This document shows, piece after piece, positions 47,487 through 57,611 of a DNA stretch of 64,000 nucleotides. Location: positions 135,220 to 199,219 of the forward strand of contig CAYWPX010000002.1 in the NCBI GenBank assembly GCA_964460615.1, given 5' to 3'. The notes below the pieces were generated by a model. The model was not told where the DNA came from. It was given only the letters and a program-made list of their open reading frames with translations, and did no database searches. The stretch comes from an uncultured Planctomycetia bacterium. GTDB taxonomy: Bacteria > Omnitrophota > Gorgyraeia > CAYWPX01. How positions within the stretch are numbered: the stretch's first letter is position 1; every line of letters begins with the position of its first letter. Both the position numbers and the translations under genes were made by a program.

Positions 47487-50400
47487 TTATCTGCCCTCTT
47501 TCCTCTTAATTATATTCATTATACTATGCTTATTTTCGCTTAATCTAAGCCTAAGTATAGAGATAATATTATACACCTTTTCCTTAAAAATACTACTATT
47601 AAAATATTTTTTTGCATCCTCAAAAACCAGGTAAATGGACGGTACCATAAAAAGCGTAAGTACTGTAGAGAATATCAGCCCGCCTATAACCGCTATTGCC
47701 AGAGGCGCCCAAAGGCCGGAGGCCTCAGTCTTAATAATCGCCATAGGCAGCAGCCCCAGCACAGTCGTAGATACTGTCATAATAATAGGCCTTAATCTAT
47801 CACGGCCGGCAGTAAGCAAGGCTTTATTATCGGAAAAACCTCTGGATTTTAGAACATTTATTCTATCTATAAGCATAATAGAGTTGTTTACTACTATCCC
47901 CCCCAGCATTATAGCGCCTATTATAACTCCAATACCTACGGGGGTTTTTGTAACAAAAAGCAGCAATATGGTTCCAATATATGCAAGCGGTATGGCGAAC
48001 ATGATAATAACCGGCTGCCAGAATGATTCAAAAAAAGCAGCCAAAACCATATATAGAAGAACAACTGTCAAAAGCATCGCCAAAAGAAGTTGCTTTTGGT
48101 TTTCAAGCTGCCTTTGATATTCTTCACCCAACTCCCAATAATAATCTCGTGGGAATTTCACATCCTTAAGCAATATCTTTAGCCTGTTTATAACTTTTGT
48201 AAGTGACAGCTTTGTAGATGTTGCGCTTAATTCGATGTATCTGTTTTTATTCTTCCTATGGATCTCGCTAGGACCCAGTGCAGGTTTAAACGTAGCTATC
48301 TGTGATAATAATATCATTTTCCCGTCAGGAGTTGGAATAGAAAGGTTTTTTATGTCTTCAAAGGTACTTCTGTCCTTCGCCTGAAGTCTCGCAACAGTCT
48401 CGACTTCGCTCGATTCAGTATGAAAAAGCATGGCCCTTAGGCCGCGTGTCTGGGCATGCAGCACATCCGCCACATCTTTTACAGTCAGACCGTAGAAGGC
48501 CGCTTTCTCTTTATCCACTATTATCTGATATTCCGGCCTCCCCTGTTCAATAGATCGTTTCATATCCACAAGGCCCGGGACCATTGCCATGCTCTGTCCA
48601 AGCTGTGAAATCAGCTGGCCCAACGTATCATAATTATAACCATAGGCATCTATCTTGATCTCTTTTTTGCCAACTTCTTCGGCTTCTGAAAAATATACAA
48701 ATCCTCCTCTATATTTATGCTCTATCTCTTTCATTTTGGGCCGGATTCTATTGATAATATCGTCAACCCTTGCACCTCTCTGGCTAAATGGTACCAGCGA
48801 TACATAAATCGTCGAAGACCATCCTTCGACTCTGGATGTAAAATCCTGGATTTCCGGTATTGTTAAAAGATATTTTTCTATTTCTTTTGTGATTTCATCG
48901 CTCTTACCAAGCTTGGCCCCGGCGTCCAATTTTGCAAATATTGTGAACTGACCCTCTTCGGTAGACCCGAACGGCTCTCTGTCAAGCCTCATAAAAAGGA
49001 ATATACTAAAAATAAACAGAATAAATACGCTCAATATAAATCTGTACCGATGTCTAAGCGCCAAAGAAATAAATTTAATATAACGGTCCCTTATAAAAGA
49101 AAGGGACGCGATCTCCCTGATTTTTGGGAATTTATTTAATATTTTTATATCAAATTTCGTAGGTTTTTCCGATATGACGTTTGAAGCCAGCATTGGTACA
49201 AGCGTTATTGCTACCAATAAAGACGCTAATAAAGAATATGCCACTGTAAACGCAAGAACCCCATAAAGCATCTTGATCTCTTCACTGACAAACACGATAG
49301 GGAAAAATACTACTATGTGGGTAAGCGTCGAGGAACAAATCGCTAACCACATCTCTTCAGTCCCAACAATTGTAGCTTCTTTTACGCTTTTTCCTCTTTC
49401 CCTATGCTTGGCGATATTTTCCAAAACTACTATCGAATTATCAACAAGCATTCCTATACCGAGGGCAAGCCCGCTTAATGTCATAACATTCAGGGTAAGC
49501 CCCTGGAAATACATCATTCCAAATGTGGCAATAATTGAAATTGGTATTGCTGTAAGAATTATTATTGTCGAACCTATATTCAATAAAAATAGATACAAAA
49601 TTATCGCCGAAAGCACTGCTCCGGTAATAAGGGCTTCTCTTACTGTATTTATGGCCTTGAGGATAAATTCGGCGCGGTTTAAGGTTATGTCTATTTTTAT
49701 ATTCTTGTTCATGGTGGTCTTGATCTTTTCTATCTGTTTTTTGATATTATTTGCTACCATGACAGTATTGGCAGTGCTTTCTTTATGTATATAGAGCGAA
49801 ACAACAGGCCGGGCAAAATCTTCCTTACGAAGCCCGAGTCTTGCGAATGCGGATGGTTCCATATATGAATCCATTACAACGGCTACATCTCCAAGCCGTA
49901 TAAGAGATCCTTCCTGAGTCATGGCAATAGGAGTATTTTTTATCCCGTCAATCGTCCTGAATTCTCCAAGGGTCCTTATCAGATAAGTATTTCTTTTGCG
50001 CTCTATGTTCCCCGCAAGAAGATTGATATTATTGATCCCCAGGTTATCTATAATCTTATTTATAGGAATATTATAATTCCTGATCTTATTCTGGTCTATT
50101 TCTACCAATATCTTCCTCTCTCGTCCCCCATAGACATCTACATTTGCAACACCGCTTATGCGCATTAATTGCTCTTTGATCTTTTCATCTGCAATTTTTC
50201 GCATTGCTTCCGGAGTGATGATCTCGCTTGTCATAGAGATGATCATCACATATGCGTCTGTCTGTTCATATCGGGCGATTACAGGACGTTCTATTTCTTT
50301 GGGGAGCTTGTTTTTGATCTTTGCAAATTTCTCCCTTACCTCAAGGGCAGCAAAATCCATATTGGTACCCGGCTCAAAAACAATAGTTACCGTAGATTCT

Positions 50401-50663
50401 TCTTTTTCAGACCGGCTATATATCTCGCTAACTTTTGAAGCCGTCGAAACAGCCTCTTCGATCGGCCTTGTAACAAGGGTCTCAACTTCCAAAGGAGGCA
50501 TACCTCCGCGGACTTTCGTTGTAATGGTAATTTTTTTGTAACTGACATTTGGCATAAGCTCAACGGGCAACTTCGTAAGCCCAATAAGACCTATAAGGAT
50601 AATTGCCAAAAATACCATCGCAATTGTAACGGGCTTGTGAACTGAAAAATTAGGAAGACCCAT
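47487..50663 (-). CDS. RND efflux transporter permease (AcrB/MdtC-like).
   Basis: 1058 aa, 12-TM HAE-RND topology with two large periplasmic loops. Confidence 0.85.
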   Translation of the reverse strand: MGLPNFSVHKPVTIAMVFLAIILIGLIGLTKLPVELMPNVSYKKITITTKVRGGMPPLEVETLVTRPIEEAVSTASKVSEIYSRSEKEESTVTIVFEPGTNMDFAALEVREKFAKIKNKLPKEIERPVIARYEQTDAYVMIISMTSEIITPEAMRKIADEKIKEQLMRISGVANVDVYGGRERKILVEIDQNKIRNYNIPINKIIDNLGINNINLLAGNIERKRNTYLIRTLGEFRTIDGIKNTPIAMTQEGSLIRLGDVAVVMDSYMEPSAFARLGLRKEDFARPVVSLYIHKESTANTVMVANNIKKQIEKIKTTMNKNIKIDITLNRAEFILKAINTVREALITGAVLSAIILYLFLLNIGSTIIILTAIPISIIATFGMMYFQGLTLNVMTLSGLALGIGMLVDNSIVVLENIAKHRERGKSVKEATIVGTEEMWLAICSSTLTHIVVFFPIVFVSEEIKMLYGVLAFTVAYSLLASLLVAITLVPMLASNVISEKPTKFDIKILNKFPKIREIASLSFIRDRYIKFISLALRHRYRFILSVFILFIFSIFLFMRLDREPFGSTEEGQFTIFAKLDAGAKLGKSDEITKEIEKYLLTIPEIQDFTSRVEGWSSTIYVSLVPFSQRGARVDDIINRIRPKMKEIEHKYRGGFVYFSEAEEVGKKEIKIDAYGYNYDTLGQLISQLGQSMAMVPGLVDMKRSIEQGRPEYQIIVDKEKAAFYGLTVKDVADVLHAQTRGLRAMLFHTESSEVETVARLQAKDRSTFEDIKNLSIPTPDGKMILLSQIATFKPALGPSEIHRKNKNRYIELSATSTKLSLTKVINRLKILLKDVKFPRDYYWELGEEYQRQLENQKQLLLAMLLTVVLLYMVLAAFFESFWQPVIIMFAIPLAYIGTILLLFVTKTPVGIGVIIGAIMLGGIVVNNSIMLIDRINVLKSRGFSDNKALLTAGRDRLRPIIMTVSTTVLGLLPMAIIKTEASGLWAPLAIAVIGGLIFSTVLTLFMVPSIYLVFEDAKKYFNSSIFKEKVYNIISILRLRLSENKHSIMNIIKRKEGR

Positions 50664-50785
50664 ATTATCCTTTTATAAAGAAATTATTTTTAATCCCTGT
50701 TAAATAGAAACAAGTTCGTGGTTTTGATCTTATTTTTTCCTGGCTCATTTTCTGTCTCTAAGCTGGGCGGCTGGTAGAAATGTTT

Positions 50786-53700
50786 TTATTTTTTAAATTT
50801 GGCCGTTAATTCTTCTGCGACAAGATATAAGGCAGGAATTACTATCAAAGTCAAAAAAGTCCCTACAATAAGTCCGCCCATCAAAGATATAGCCATTGAC
50901 GACTGTAACTGGGCACCTTCCCCTAATCCTAATGCTAGGGGCAATAAGCCAAAAACGGCGGTAAGCGCTGTCATAAGGATAGGTCTGATCCTTGCATTGT
51001 TTGCCGCAATGCAGGCCTCATAACTCGACATCCCCTTCTCCTTGGCCATATTAACAAAGTCTATGAGAAGTATTCCATTATCAACTATGATACCACCGAG
51101 TATTATAATACCCAGAGCAGATACTGCATTTAAGGAAGTATTTGTGAATAAAAGCGCTAACGCGACTCCTATCAGAGATATAGGCATTGTAAACATTATT
51201 ACAAAAGGCTGCCAGAAAGATTCAAATTCGGAAGCCATTATCATATAGATCAAAACAATCGACAGGATAAGCGCAAAAATCAGGCTATCAAAAGACTCTT
51301 TCATCTGTTCGTTCTCGCCGGCAAGCTTAATACTGTAATTGGGAGGCACTTTGATATTCTTGAGGGACTGGTTAATATCACTAATAACGCTGTTTATACT
51401 TCGTTTATAAACATTTGCTGTAACCAGCACCGTCTCCTGGTTATCAAGTCTTTTTATCTCGCTTGGGCCAAACCCCTGGGAGATTTTTGTAAGCGCGTCC
51501 AATGGAATATTATATCCTTGCGGTGTCTGTATCATTATCTGTTTTAGGGCATAGAAATCACTTCTATCGGATTTTCTTAATCGTATTCTAACATCTATCT
51601 CTTTGCCGTTTTCTTTGAATTTCGTAGCTACCCACCCGCCTATGGCTATCTGAGCGGTCTGGGCAATATCCTTTACAGAAAGATTATAAAGATATGCTTT
51701 GTCCTTATCGACCTCTATTTTTGTCTCGGGAGCAGGATTCTGTAAATCATTCTTAACACCATAAATACCTTTTATATGGCCAATCTTTTCCATAACCTCT
51801 TCTGAAAAAACCTTTAGTTTGTCTAGTTTTGGGTTGGGCCCTTTTATCTCTATTACGATCGGCGCTCCGCCGCCCTGCATGGCAGACTGAAAAAGGCTCT
51901 GGCTTAGGATATATTCTACAGTCCCATTTTCCAGATTGACCTTGTTTAATCTGTTCTTAAGGTTCTGTATAAATTCATCCGTTGTCATTCTTCTTTTTTT
52001 CTTAAGATTTATAACTATCTGTGCCTGATATGAACCCAATGTCTCAAAAACCCCTTGCGAGATAGATTCTTCCTTGTTGGAGCCGATTTGCGTGCTAACG
52101 CTCTCTACATATTTCATTCCGGATATAGCGTCCTCTATTTTTTTGGCGACATTATTTGTTATATCAAGCTTTGTGCCTGTCGGCATATCCAGTTTTATCA
52201 AAAACTGCCCTTCATCAACCTTGGGCATAAATTCTTTTTTAATAAAAGCAAATAATACTAATGAACCTAAAAAAATTATCAGAACAAGCCCCAAATACAT
52301 ATATTTTCTTTTCAAAAACTTCGGCAATACCACTTGATAAAAGCTCATTACCTTGTTTATCCCGATATCTGTATATTTAAAAATCTTTAGATGTGAAAGA
52401 TCTTTTCCTGTCCCCTTGCCAATCAAGGAAAGCATGGGCGTAAGGGTAAGCGCTACCAATAACGATGCCATTAAAGAATATGTAACGGTAAAAGCAAGTT
52501 GTTTAAATATCTGTCCTGCAATACCCACAATAAAAATCATCGGCAGAAATACCACTACCGAAGTCAAATGCGTAGCTAAAAGAGCTGTCGATACCTCTTT
52601 GGTGCCAAATTCTGTAGCCTGTAACTGGTTTTCACCGAGCTTGACATGCCTAAATACGTTTTCAACAACAACAATCGCGCCATCAACAAGCATCCCGACA
52701 CCTAACGCCAATCCTCCCAGAGAAATCATGTTTACAGAAATCCCCTGAAAATACATAAAAGAAAATGTGATAAAAATTGAGGTTGGTATACAGGTAATAG
52801 TTATCAGAGAGCTTTTTAAATTTTTTAGAAATATCAGAAGTATAATAAAAGCTAAAATCCCCCCCTGGATAGCAGCATCGGTTACGCCGCTAATAGAGCC
52901 TTTTATGAAATTCGACTGATCATAGACAATATCAATGTTAACCCCTTTTGGTATTATTTCACGTATCCTCTTGAGGGCTTTTTTAACGCGGTTGACGGTT
53001 TGTATAGTATTTGCTTCTGCCTGTTTCTGTATTGATATGGAGATGTTCTCTTTGCCGTTAAACCGTGAATAACTGGTTCTCTCCTTCAAACCATCGCTTA
53101 CAGAAGCAATATCTTTAAGCATAATAAGACGTTTTGAAGGATTTGTGGGTTCTATGCCTGAATAATAATCTTTGATTTCTTCTTTCTCATCTACGCCTAC
53201 CGCAACTTTATCAAAATCTTTTACTTTTTCAAACTCACCCATAGTCCTTACAAGCCATTCAAAAAATTTCTCTTCTATGGCCCCTGCCGGATAATTGAGG
53301 TTGGAATCTCTGATTATTTCTGCTATTTTAATGAGATCCACCTTGGCGGCTATAAGTTTTGCCGCGTCTATATCTACATGTATCTCTCTTCCAATACCTC
53401 CACTGATAGTTGCGCTTGCAACGCCTTCAACCTTTTCAAGGTTATCCTTTATCATGGACCGGGATATTTCCAAAAGATCTTGCTGGCTGATATCGCTTCC
53501 TGAGGTAATGTTTAATGTCATTACCGGCAGAGCAAAGGGATTAAACTTCATTACGATGGGCTCGTCCGCTTCTCGAGGCAAGCGTTCTTTTATAAGATCG
53601 ATCTTTTCCCTCATTCCCAAAGCGGCAAAATTCATATCTGTGCCCCAGTTAAATTCGACTGTAACTAAAGATACTCCTTCGCGGGATATAGAGCTAATCC

Positions 53701-53935
53701 TTCGGACGTTTTTGACAGTACCTACTGCTTCTTCAATAAATTTTGTAATGAGAGTCTCGACTTCTTCGGGAGCAGCATTGGGATAAGCAGTCATTACGGT
53801 AAGTTGGGGATATGTAATAGGAGGAAATAATTCCTGTGGGAGCTTAACTAGGGCTATTAGCCCCAATATAATTGCCCCAAAATAAATCATGGTTGTGGTA
53901 ACGGGCCTGGATATGGAAAATTTTACTATGCTCAT
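50786..53935 (-). CDS. RND efflux transporter permease (AcrB/MdtB-like). It is in tandem with a second RND paralog.
   Basis: 1049 aa, same architecture. 122-nt spacer to the downstream RND gene. Confidence 0.85.
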   Translation of the reverse strand: MSIVKFSISRPVTTTMIYFGAIILGLIALVKLPQELFPPITYPQLTVMTAYPNAAPEEVETLITKFIEEAVGTVKNVRRISSISREGVSLVTVEFNWGTDMNFAALGMREKIDLIKERLPREADEPIVMKFNPFALPVMTLNITSGSDISQQDLLEISRSMIKDNLEKVEGVASATISGGIGREIHVDIDAAKLIAAKVDLIKIAEIIRDSNLNYPAGAIEEKFFEWLVRTMGEFEKVKDFDKVAVGVDEKEEIKDYYSGIEPTNPSKRLIMLKDIASVSDGLKERTSYSRFNGKENISISIQKQAEANTIQTVNRVKKALKRIREIIPKGVNIDIVYDQSNFIKGSISGVTDAAIQGGILAFIILLIFLKNLKSSLITITCIPTSIFITFSFMYFQGISVNMISLGGLALGVGMLVDGAIVVVENVFRHVKLGENQLQATEFGTKEVSTALLATHLTSVVVFLPMIFIVGIAGQIFKQLAFTVTYSLMASLLVALTLTPMLSLIGKGTGKDLSHLKIFKYTDIGINKVMSFYQVVLPKFLKRKYMYLGLVLIIFLGSLVLFAFIKKEFMPKVDEGQFLIKLDMPTGTKLDITNNVAKKIEDAISGMKYVESVSTQIGSNKEESISQGVFETLGSYQAQIVINLKKKRRMTTDEFIQNLKNRLNKVNLENGTVEYILSQSLFQSAMQGGGAPIVIEIKGPNPKLDKLKVFSEEVMEKIGHIKGIYGVKNDLQNPAPETKIEVDKDKAYLYNLSVKDIAQTAQIAIGGWVATKFKENGKEIDVRIRLRKSDRSDFYALKQIMIQTPQGYNIPLDALTKISQGFGPSEIKRLDNQETVLVTANVYKRSINSVISDINQSLKNIKVPPNYSIKLAGENEQMKESFDSLIFALILSIVLIYMIMASEFESFWQPFVIMFTMPISLIGVALALLFTNTSLNAVSALGIIILGGIIVDNGILLIDFVNMAKEKGMSSYEACIAANNARIRPILMTALTAVFGLLPLALGLGEGAQLQSSMAISLMGGLIVGTFLTLIVIPALYLVAEELTAKFKK

Positions 53936-53953
53936 TTATTTTATCCGTACTTT

Positions 53954-54016
53954 GTACATAGTACATCGTACATCGTAAAAATTCGAAATACTAAGCACGA
54001 TATACGAAGTACGAAG
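53954..54016. repeat. Short tandem heptamer repeats in the leader of the first RND gene (GTACATN x3 and TACGAAG x2).
   Basis: Read directly: gtacata gtacatc gtacatc ... tacgaag tacgaag. Confidence 0.6.
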
Positions 54017-54017
54017 A

Positions 54018-55238
54018 TTATTCTACTGAAAGAATCTCGACTTTTGTTCCGTCTTTAATTTTCTCTTTTGATTCGGGAGTTTCTACTATTATCTCATCAC
54101 CCTCTGAAAGCCCCTCATCTATCAACACAAGATCCTGTGAGATACGGCCGATGTTAACCTTCTTGGATTTTGCAACCCCGAATCTTGGCTTGCCCTCCTC
54201 TTCGCCTTGAGCTGACTGCATAGGCTGTTGAGTCTGTTTAATTTCTTTATCTTTTTCGGGCTGGGAATTAACTTTGGCTTCTGACTGTTTTTCTGCCTTT
54301 TCTTTCTCAACCGCAAAAACCACAAAACCGTCTTCTGATTTCTTCAAGGCACTTGCCGGTATCACGATCGAATCCTTTTTCTCAAAGATCATAATGTTGA
54401 CCCTTGCAAACATCCCCGGCCTTATAAGGTTATCGGTATTAGGAAGTATTATTTTCACAGTCTGGGTCTTTGAACGGCCTTCGAGCATCGGAGAAACACT
54501 GTCTACAACTCCTTCAAATGCTTTGTCCGGATAATTTTCTATCATTATAAATGCTTTTTGGCCAACCTTAACTTTATCTGCATCTTTTTCTATTATGCCG
54601 ACTTCGCATTTCAATGAACTTGTATCTACAAATGATCCGACTTTATCGCTTGTGGTTACATATGCTCCTTTATCAAAAATCTCTGTACCCATAAACCCGT
54701 CTGACGGAGCAATGATATTTGTTTTATTCATTTCATTCTGAGCTGAATCCAGTTCAAGTTCCGATTGTTCAAATTTCGGTTTCGAAATTCCTCCTAATTC
54801 AAAAAGTTTCTTATTCTTTTCGAATTCCACTTTTGCATAATCAAGTTTGATCTGCTTTTCTTTTTGATTTAGAGATGCCAGTATGTCACCTTTTTTAACC
54901 TGGTCCCCTTCCTTGAACTTATAACTATCAATATTGCCGTTCTCCTGAAATTTAAGATCTATCTCTATGGCGCCTTTTATTACCCCGATAGAAGGAAGTA
55001 TATCCTTAAAATCAGTCTTTGAAACTTTCATTGTATTAACAGGAATTAACGGTTCCACATCTTCTGTTTTGGCTTTTTGCTTGCCAAAGAAAGAAAATCC
55101 TCCTTCTTGCTTTGGGCCCGTTACTATGACAGATCTGATCCAGGAAATGAGAAGTGCCAGAACAATAACAATAACTACCGAGAGTATCTTATGCTGCAAA
55201 TAAAACTCTTTCAGCTTACTAATATCAATTTTTTTCAT
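54018..55238 (-). CDS. RND efflux periplasmic adaptor (membrane fusion protein, HlyD/AcrA family).
   Basis: N-terminal TM anchor, biotinyl/lipoyl-like hairpin domains, C-terminal Glu/Lys-rich tail. Confidence 0.8.
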   Translation of the reverse strand: MKKIDISKLKEFYLQHKILSVVIVIVLALLISWIRSVIVTGPKQEGGFSFFGKQKAKTEDVEPLIPVNTMKVSKTDFKDILPSIGVIKGAIEIDLKFQENGNIDSYKFKEGDQVKKGDILASLNQKEKQIKLDYAKVEFEKNKKLFELGGISKPKFEQSELELDSAQNEMNKTNIIAPSDGFMGTEIFDKGAYVTTSDKVGSFVDTSSLKCEVGIIEKDADKVKVGQKAFIMIENYPDKAFEGVVDSVSPMLEGRSKTQTVKIILPNTDNLIRPGMFARVNIMIFEKKDSIVIPASALKKSEDGFVVFAVEKEKAEKQSEAKVNSQPEKDKEIKQTQQPMQSAQGEEEGKPRFGVAKSKKVNIGRISQDLVLIDEGLSEGDEIIVETPESKEKIKDGTKVEILSVE

Positions 55239-55340
55239 TTTTTCACCCTTTTATAAGATCGTTAAATACCTTTTTGCCTAAAACCCAAAAAAGTCTTCAA
55301 AAAAACTCGTTTGTTTAATTAAAATAATAAAAAATCCTTA

Positions 55341-57083
55341 TTATTGTTTAAACAAATCGTTTTTAAAATCTTTTTCCGTGAAATAATTTTCTATGCCCAC
55401 CGCTTTCGTAAGTGCGACTACTGCAAAATTTAGATTGCTTAATGCCTCAAGATAACCTATGTCACTTTGTGTCTTTCTTAATAAAGCGCTCATAAGTTCT
55501 GACGTTTCTGTTTCGCCCATGGAACGCTTATAGTTCAGTATCTGCGATTCTCTGTCTTCAAAATTCAATTTACTTTTAGCGGCTCCCAATTGTATTGTCG
55601 ACTTTTTATAAGTATAAAACGCCTCTTTAACTTCCTGGGTTATTTTTTGCTTTGTTTCATTAAGTTCATTTAAGGATTTCTGATATACTATGTCGGCTTC
55701 TTTCTGGTCAGAATAGGCTTTAAGGTTATCCAAAATTCCCATCTTAAATTCATTTTGCACATACACCTGGCCGCCATAAAAAGTGTTTATTGTCCTGCTC
55801 AAATCTATTCTTTTTGATGTATTATAACTAAGAGTATTCCCGCCCAATAGCCAACTGAATTCGGCCCCAAAAAACCAGTCTGTAGTAGGATCCGGCTTTC
55901 CGCCGCTACCTCCAACATCCATAGTGTTCTCGCCGGCATATCTTTCCGCAGATTTGCCGATCCTGCCCATCAGGTCAATTTTGGGGAACATCTTTGCCTG
56001 AGCAACAAGCTTGCCAAAACGCGATGAATCTACTGTCATAAAAGCAATTTTGATTTCCGATCTGTTTAAGAGAGCCGTCTTAAGGCAGTCTTTCATATTC
56101 ACATCTATGACTTTTTCTTTTAAATTTGTATCTATTTCAAAATCCATCGAATCTTCTATATTCATTTTTTGCTCCAGGGTCAGGCGGGAAAGTTCATATT
56201 CGCTTTCAGACTCTAAATTAAGATAATTTGCCTGATTATATAAAGATTCAATATTGAGAGCTTCTAATTGAGATATAATTTCCATTTTTAAAGCCTTAAC
56301 CGAAAAATCGAAGAAAGTCTTAAACTCTGTAAAAAGCTTATTATAAACAACTTTCCCGGATACACTTTTACATAAAGCGTAATATGCCTTACCAACTTCT
56401 ATGATCAGATCTGATTTAATTTTTTTATAATTTTCTTCTGCTATTTTTAGATTAATGGTAGCCTGTTGGAAGCCAAAGGCGATCTCACCGCCGTGAAAGA
56501 CAGGTTGCTTGATATCCATCCCATAATCTATACCTCTCCAAAGCCCCATCTCATTACCAGGCGAGCGGCTTATACCCGTTGATCGAGAATAATTTGCAGT
56601 CATTGAAGGAAAAAATGCTCTTGCTGCTTCGTAGGTTTTGAGCCTTGCTAACTTTATCTGTTCTTTGGCTATTTTGGAAGGTATGTGATTCTCAACAGCT
56701 ATATCCACGCACTCATTAAGAGATAATACCTTGCCTTTTTCTTTAATAGTAACGAGTTTTGGTTTATAAAACTCTAGCTTCGTCGCTACCTTATTTTCTT
56801 GCAGGGATAATTTTTTACGTGAAGCTTTTAGATATTTTTCGATCTTATTGTTTATTTTTTTATTTGGGGGGTTGGCTTCTTTTGCTTTTTCAAGCTCAAT
56901 GATAGCCTCGGGAAAGCTTTTGGCTTTATAATAACTAATGCCTCTACCAAGATAATAACTACTTGAATTATCTTTTTCTTCCAAGCCAGGTTTTTTATTA
57001 TCTAAAGCCTGGGCTGTAGAAAAAAACAAAGTAATTACTAATAATAGCGATATAATTATAATATATATAATCTTTTTATACAT
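55341..57083 (-). CDS. TolC-family outer membrane efflux protein with about 100-aa N-terminal extension.
   Basis: 580 aa. Signal peptide. Two OEP repeat halves. N-terminal extension has a TPR-like helix pair. Confidence 0.75.
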   Translation of the reverse strand: MYKKIIYIIIISLLLVITLFFSTAQALDNKKPGLEEKDNSSSYYLGRGISYYKAKSFPEAIIELEKAKEANPPNKKINNKIEKYLKASRKKLSLQENKVATKLEFYKPKLVTIKEKGKVLSLNECVDIAVENHIPSKIAKEQIKLARLKTYEAARAFFPSMTANYSRSTGISRSPGNEMGLWRGIDYGMDIKQPVFHGGEIAFGFQQATINLKIAEENYKKIKSDLIIEVGKAYYALCKSVSGKVVYNKLFTEFKTFFDFSVKALKMEIISQLEALNIESLYNQANYLNLESESEYELSRLTLEQKMNIEDSMDFEIDTNLKEKVIDVNMKDCLKTALLNRSEIKIAFMTVDSSRFGKLVAQAKMFPKIDLMGRIGKSAERYAGENTMDVGGSGGKPDPTTDWFFGAEFSWLLGGNTLSYNTSKRIDLSRTINTFYGGQVYVQNEFKMGILDNLKAYSDQKEADIVYQKSLNELNETKQKITQEVKEAFYTYKKSTIQLGAAKSKLNFEDRESQILNYKRSMGETETSELMSALLRKTQSDIGYLEALSNLNFAVVALTKAVGIENYFTEKDFKNDLFKQ

Positions 57084-57191
57084 ATTATCAATTATTTTAT
57101 TATATATATATTAACAAGTCAACAAAATTCAAGAGGTTGTTTCTGTTTGGAAGAGGGGCAGTACTATATTCTATGGCTATATTGAATATTT

Positions 57192-57593
57192 TTATGCCTG
57201 CCCCTGGATAGTAGTTCCATTTTGCGGTGGAGGAGTGCTTTGAGGCGGTTCTTGGGTATTTGTTTCAGGGGCCTTTTTCTTCCGTCTGTACTCTCTCATA
57301 TAATCTTTCATATATACCCTGTGCTCTTCCTTGTGTTCCTGCCTATAGAGCTTAAGATACTCTAAGTGTCTCTCCCTCCATGATTTGGATCTTTTCTTAC
57401 ATTCATCTTTCCAAGTAGCGTCGTGCATCTCTCTGGTCTTAAAATATTCCGGGTTGGTTTCACGCCATTTTTTCATATTTTCCAGTTGCCTTTTATACTG
57501 GCATTCGAGACTAGAGCAGACTTCCTGGTTTCTTCTATATTTATTTGGAAGAAATTCCTTGCCGCATATCCTGCAAATTTTACCCTCTATCAT
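57192..57593 (-). CDS. Small basic zinc-ribbon protein, hypothetical.
   Basis: CRICGKEF...CSSLECQY (CxxC...CxxxC). Arg/Lys/Glu-rich. Pro-rich tail PETNTQEPPQSTPPPQ. Confidence 0.4.
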   Translation of the reverse strand: MIEGKICRICGKEFLPNKYRRNQEVCSSLECQYKRQLENMKKWRETNPEYFKTREMHDATWKDECKKRSKSWRERHLEYLKLYRQEHKEEHRVYMKDYMREYRRKKKAPETNTQEPPQSTPPPQNGTTIQGQA

Positions 57594-57611
57594 TTAAATA
57601 AACCTCCCTTC

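Noticed and set aside
47635-53786. Several 130-173-aa plus-strand ORFs (47635-48117, 49273-49794, 52353-52748, 53295-53786) inside the RND genes.
   Set aside because: They are hydrophobic mirror translations of membrane-protein coding sequence on the opposite strand, with no independent support.
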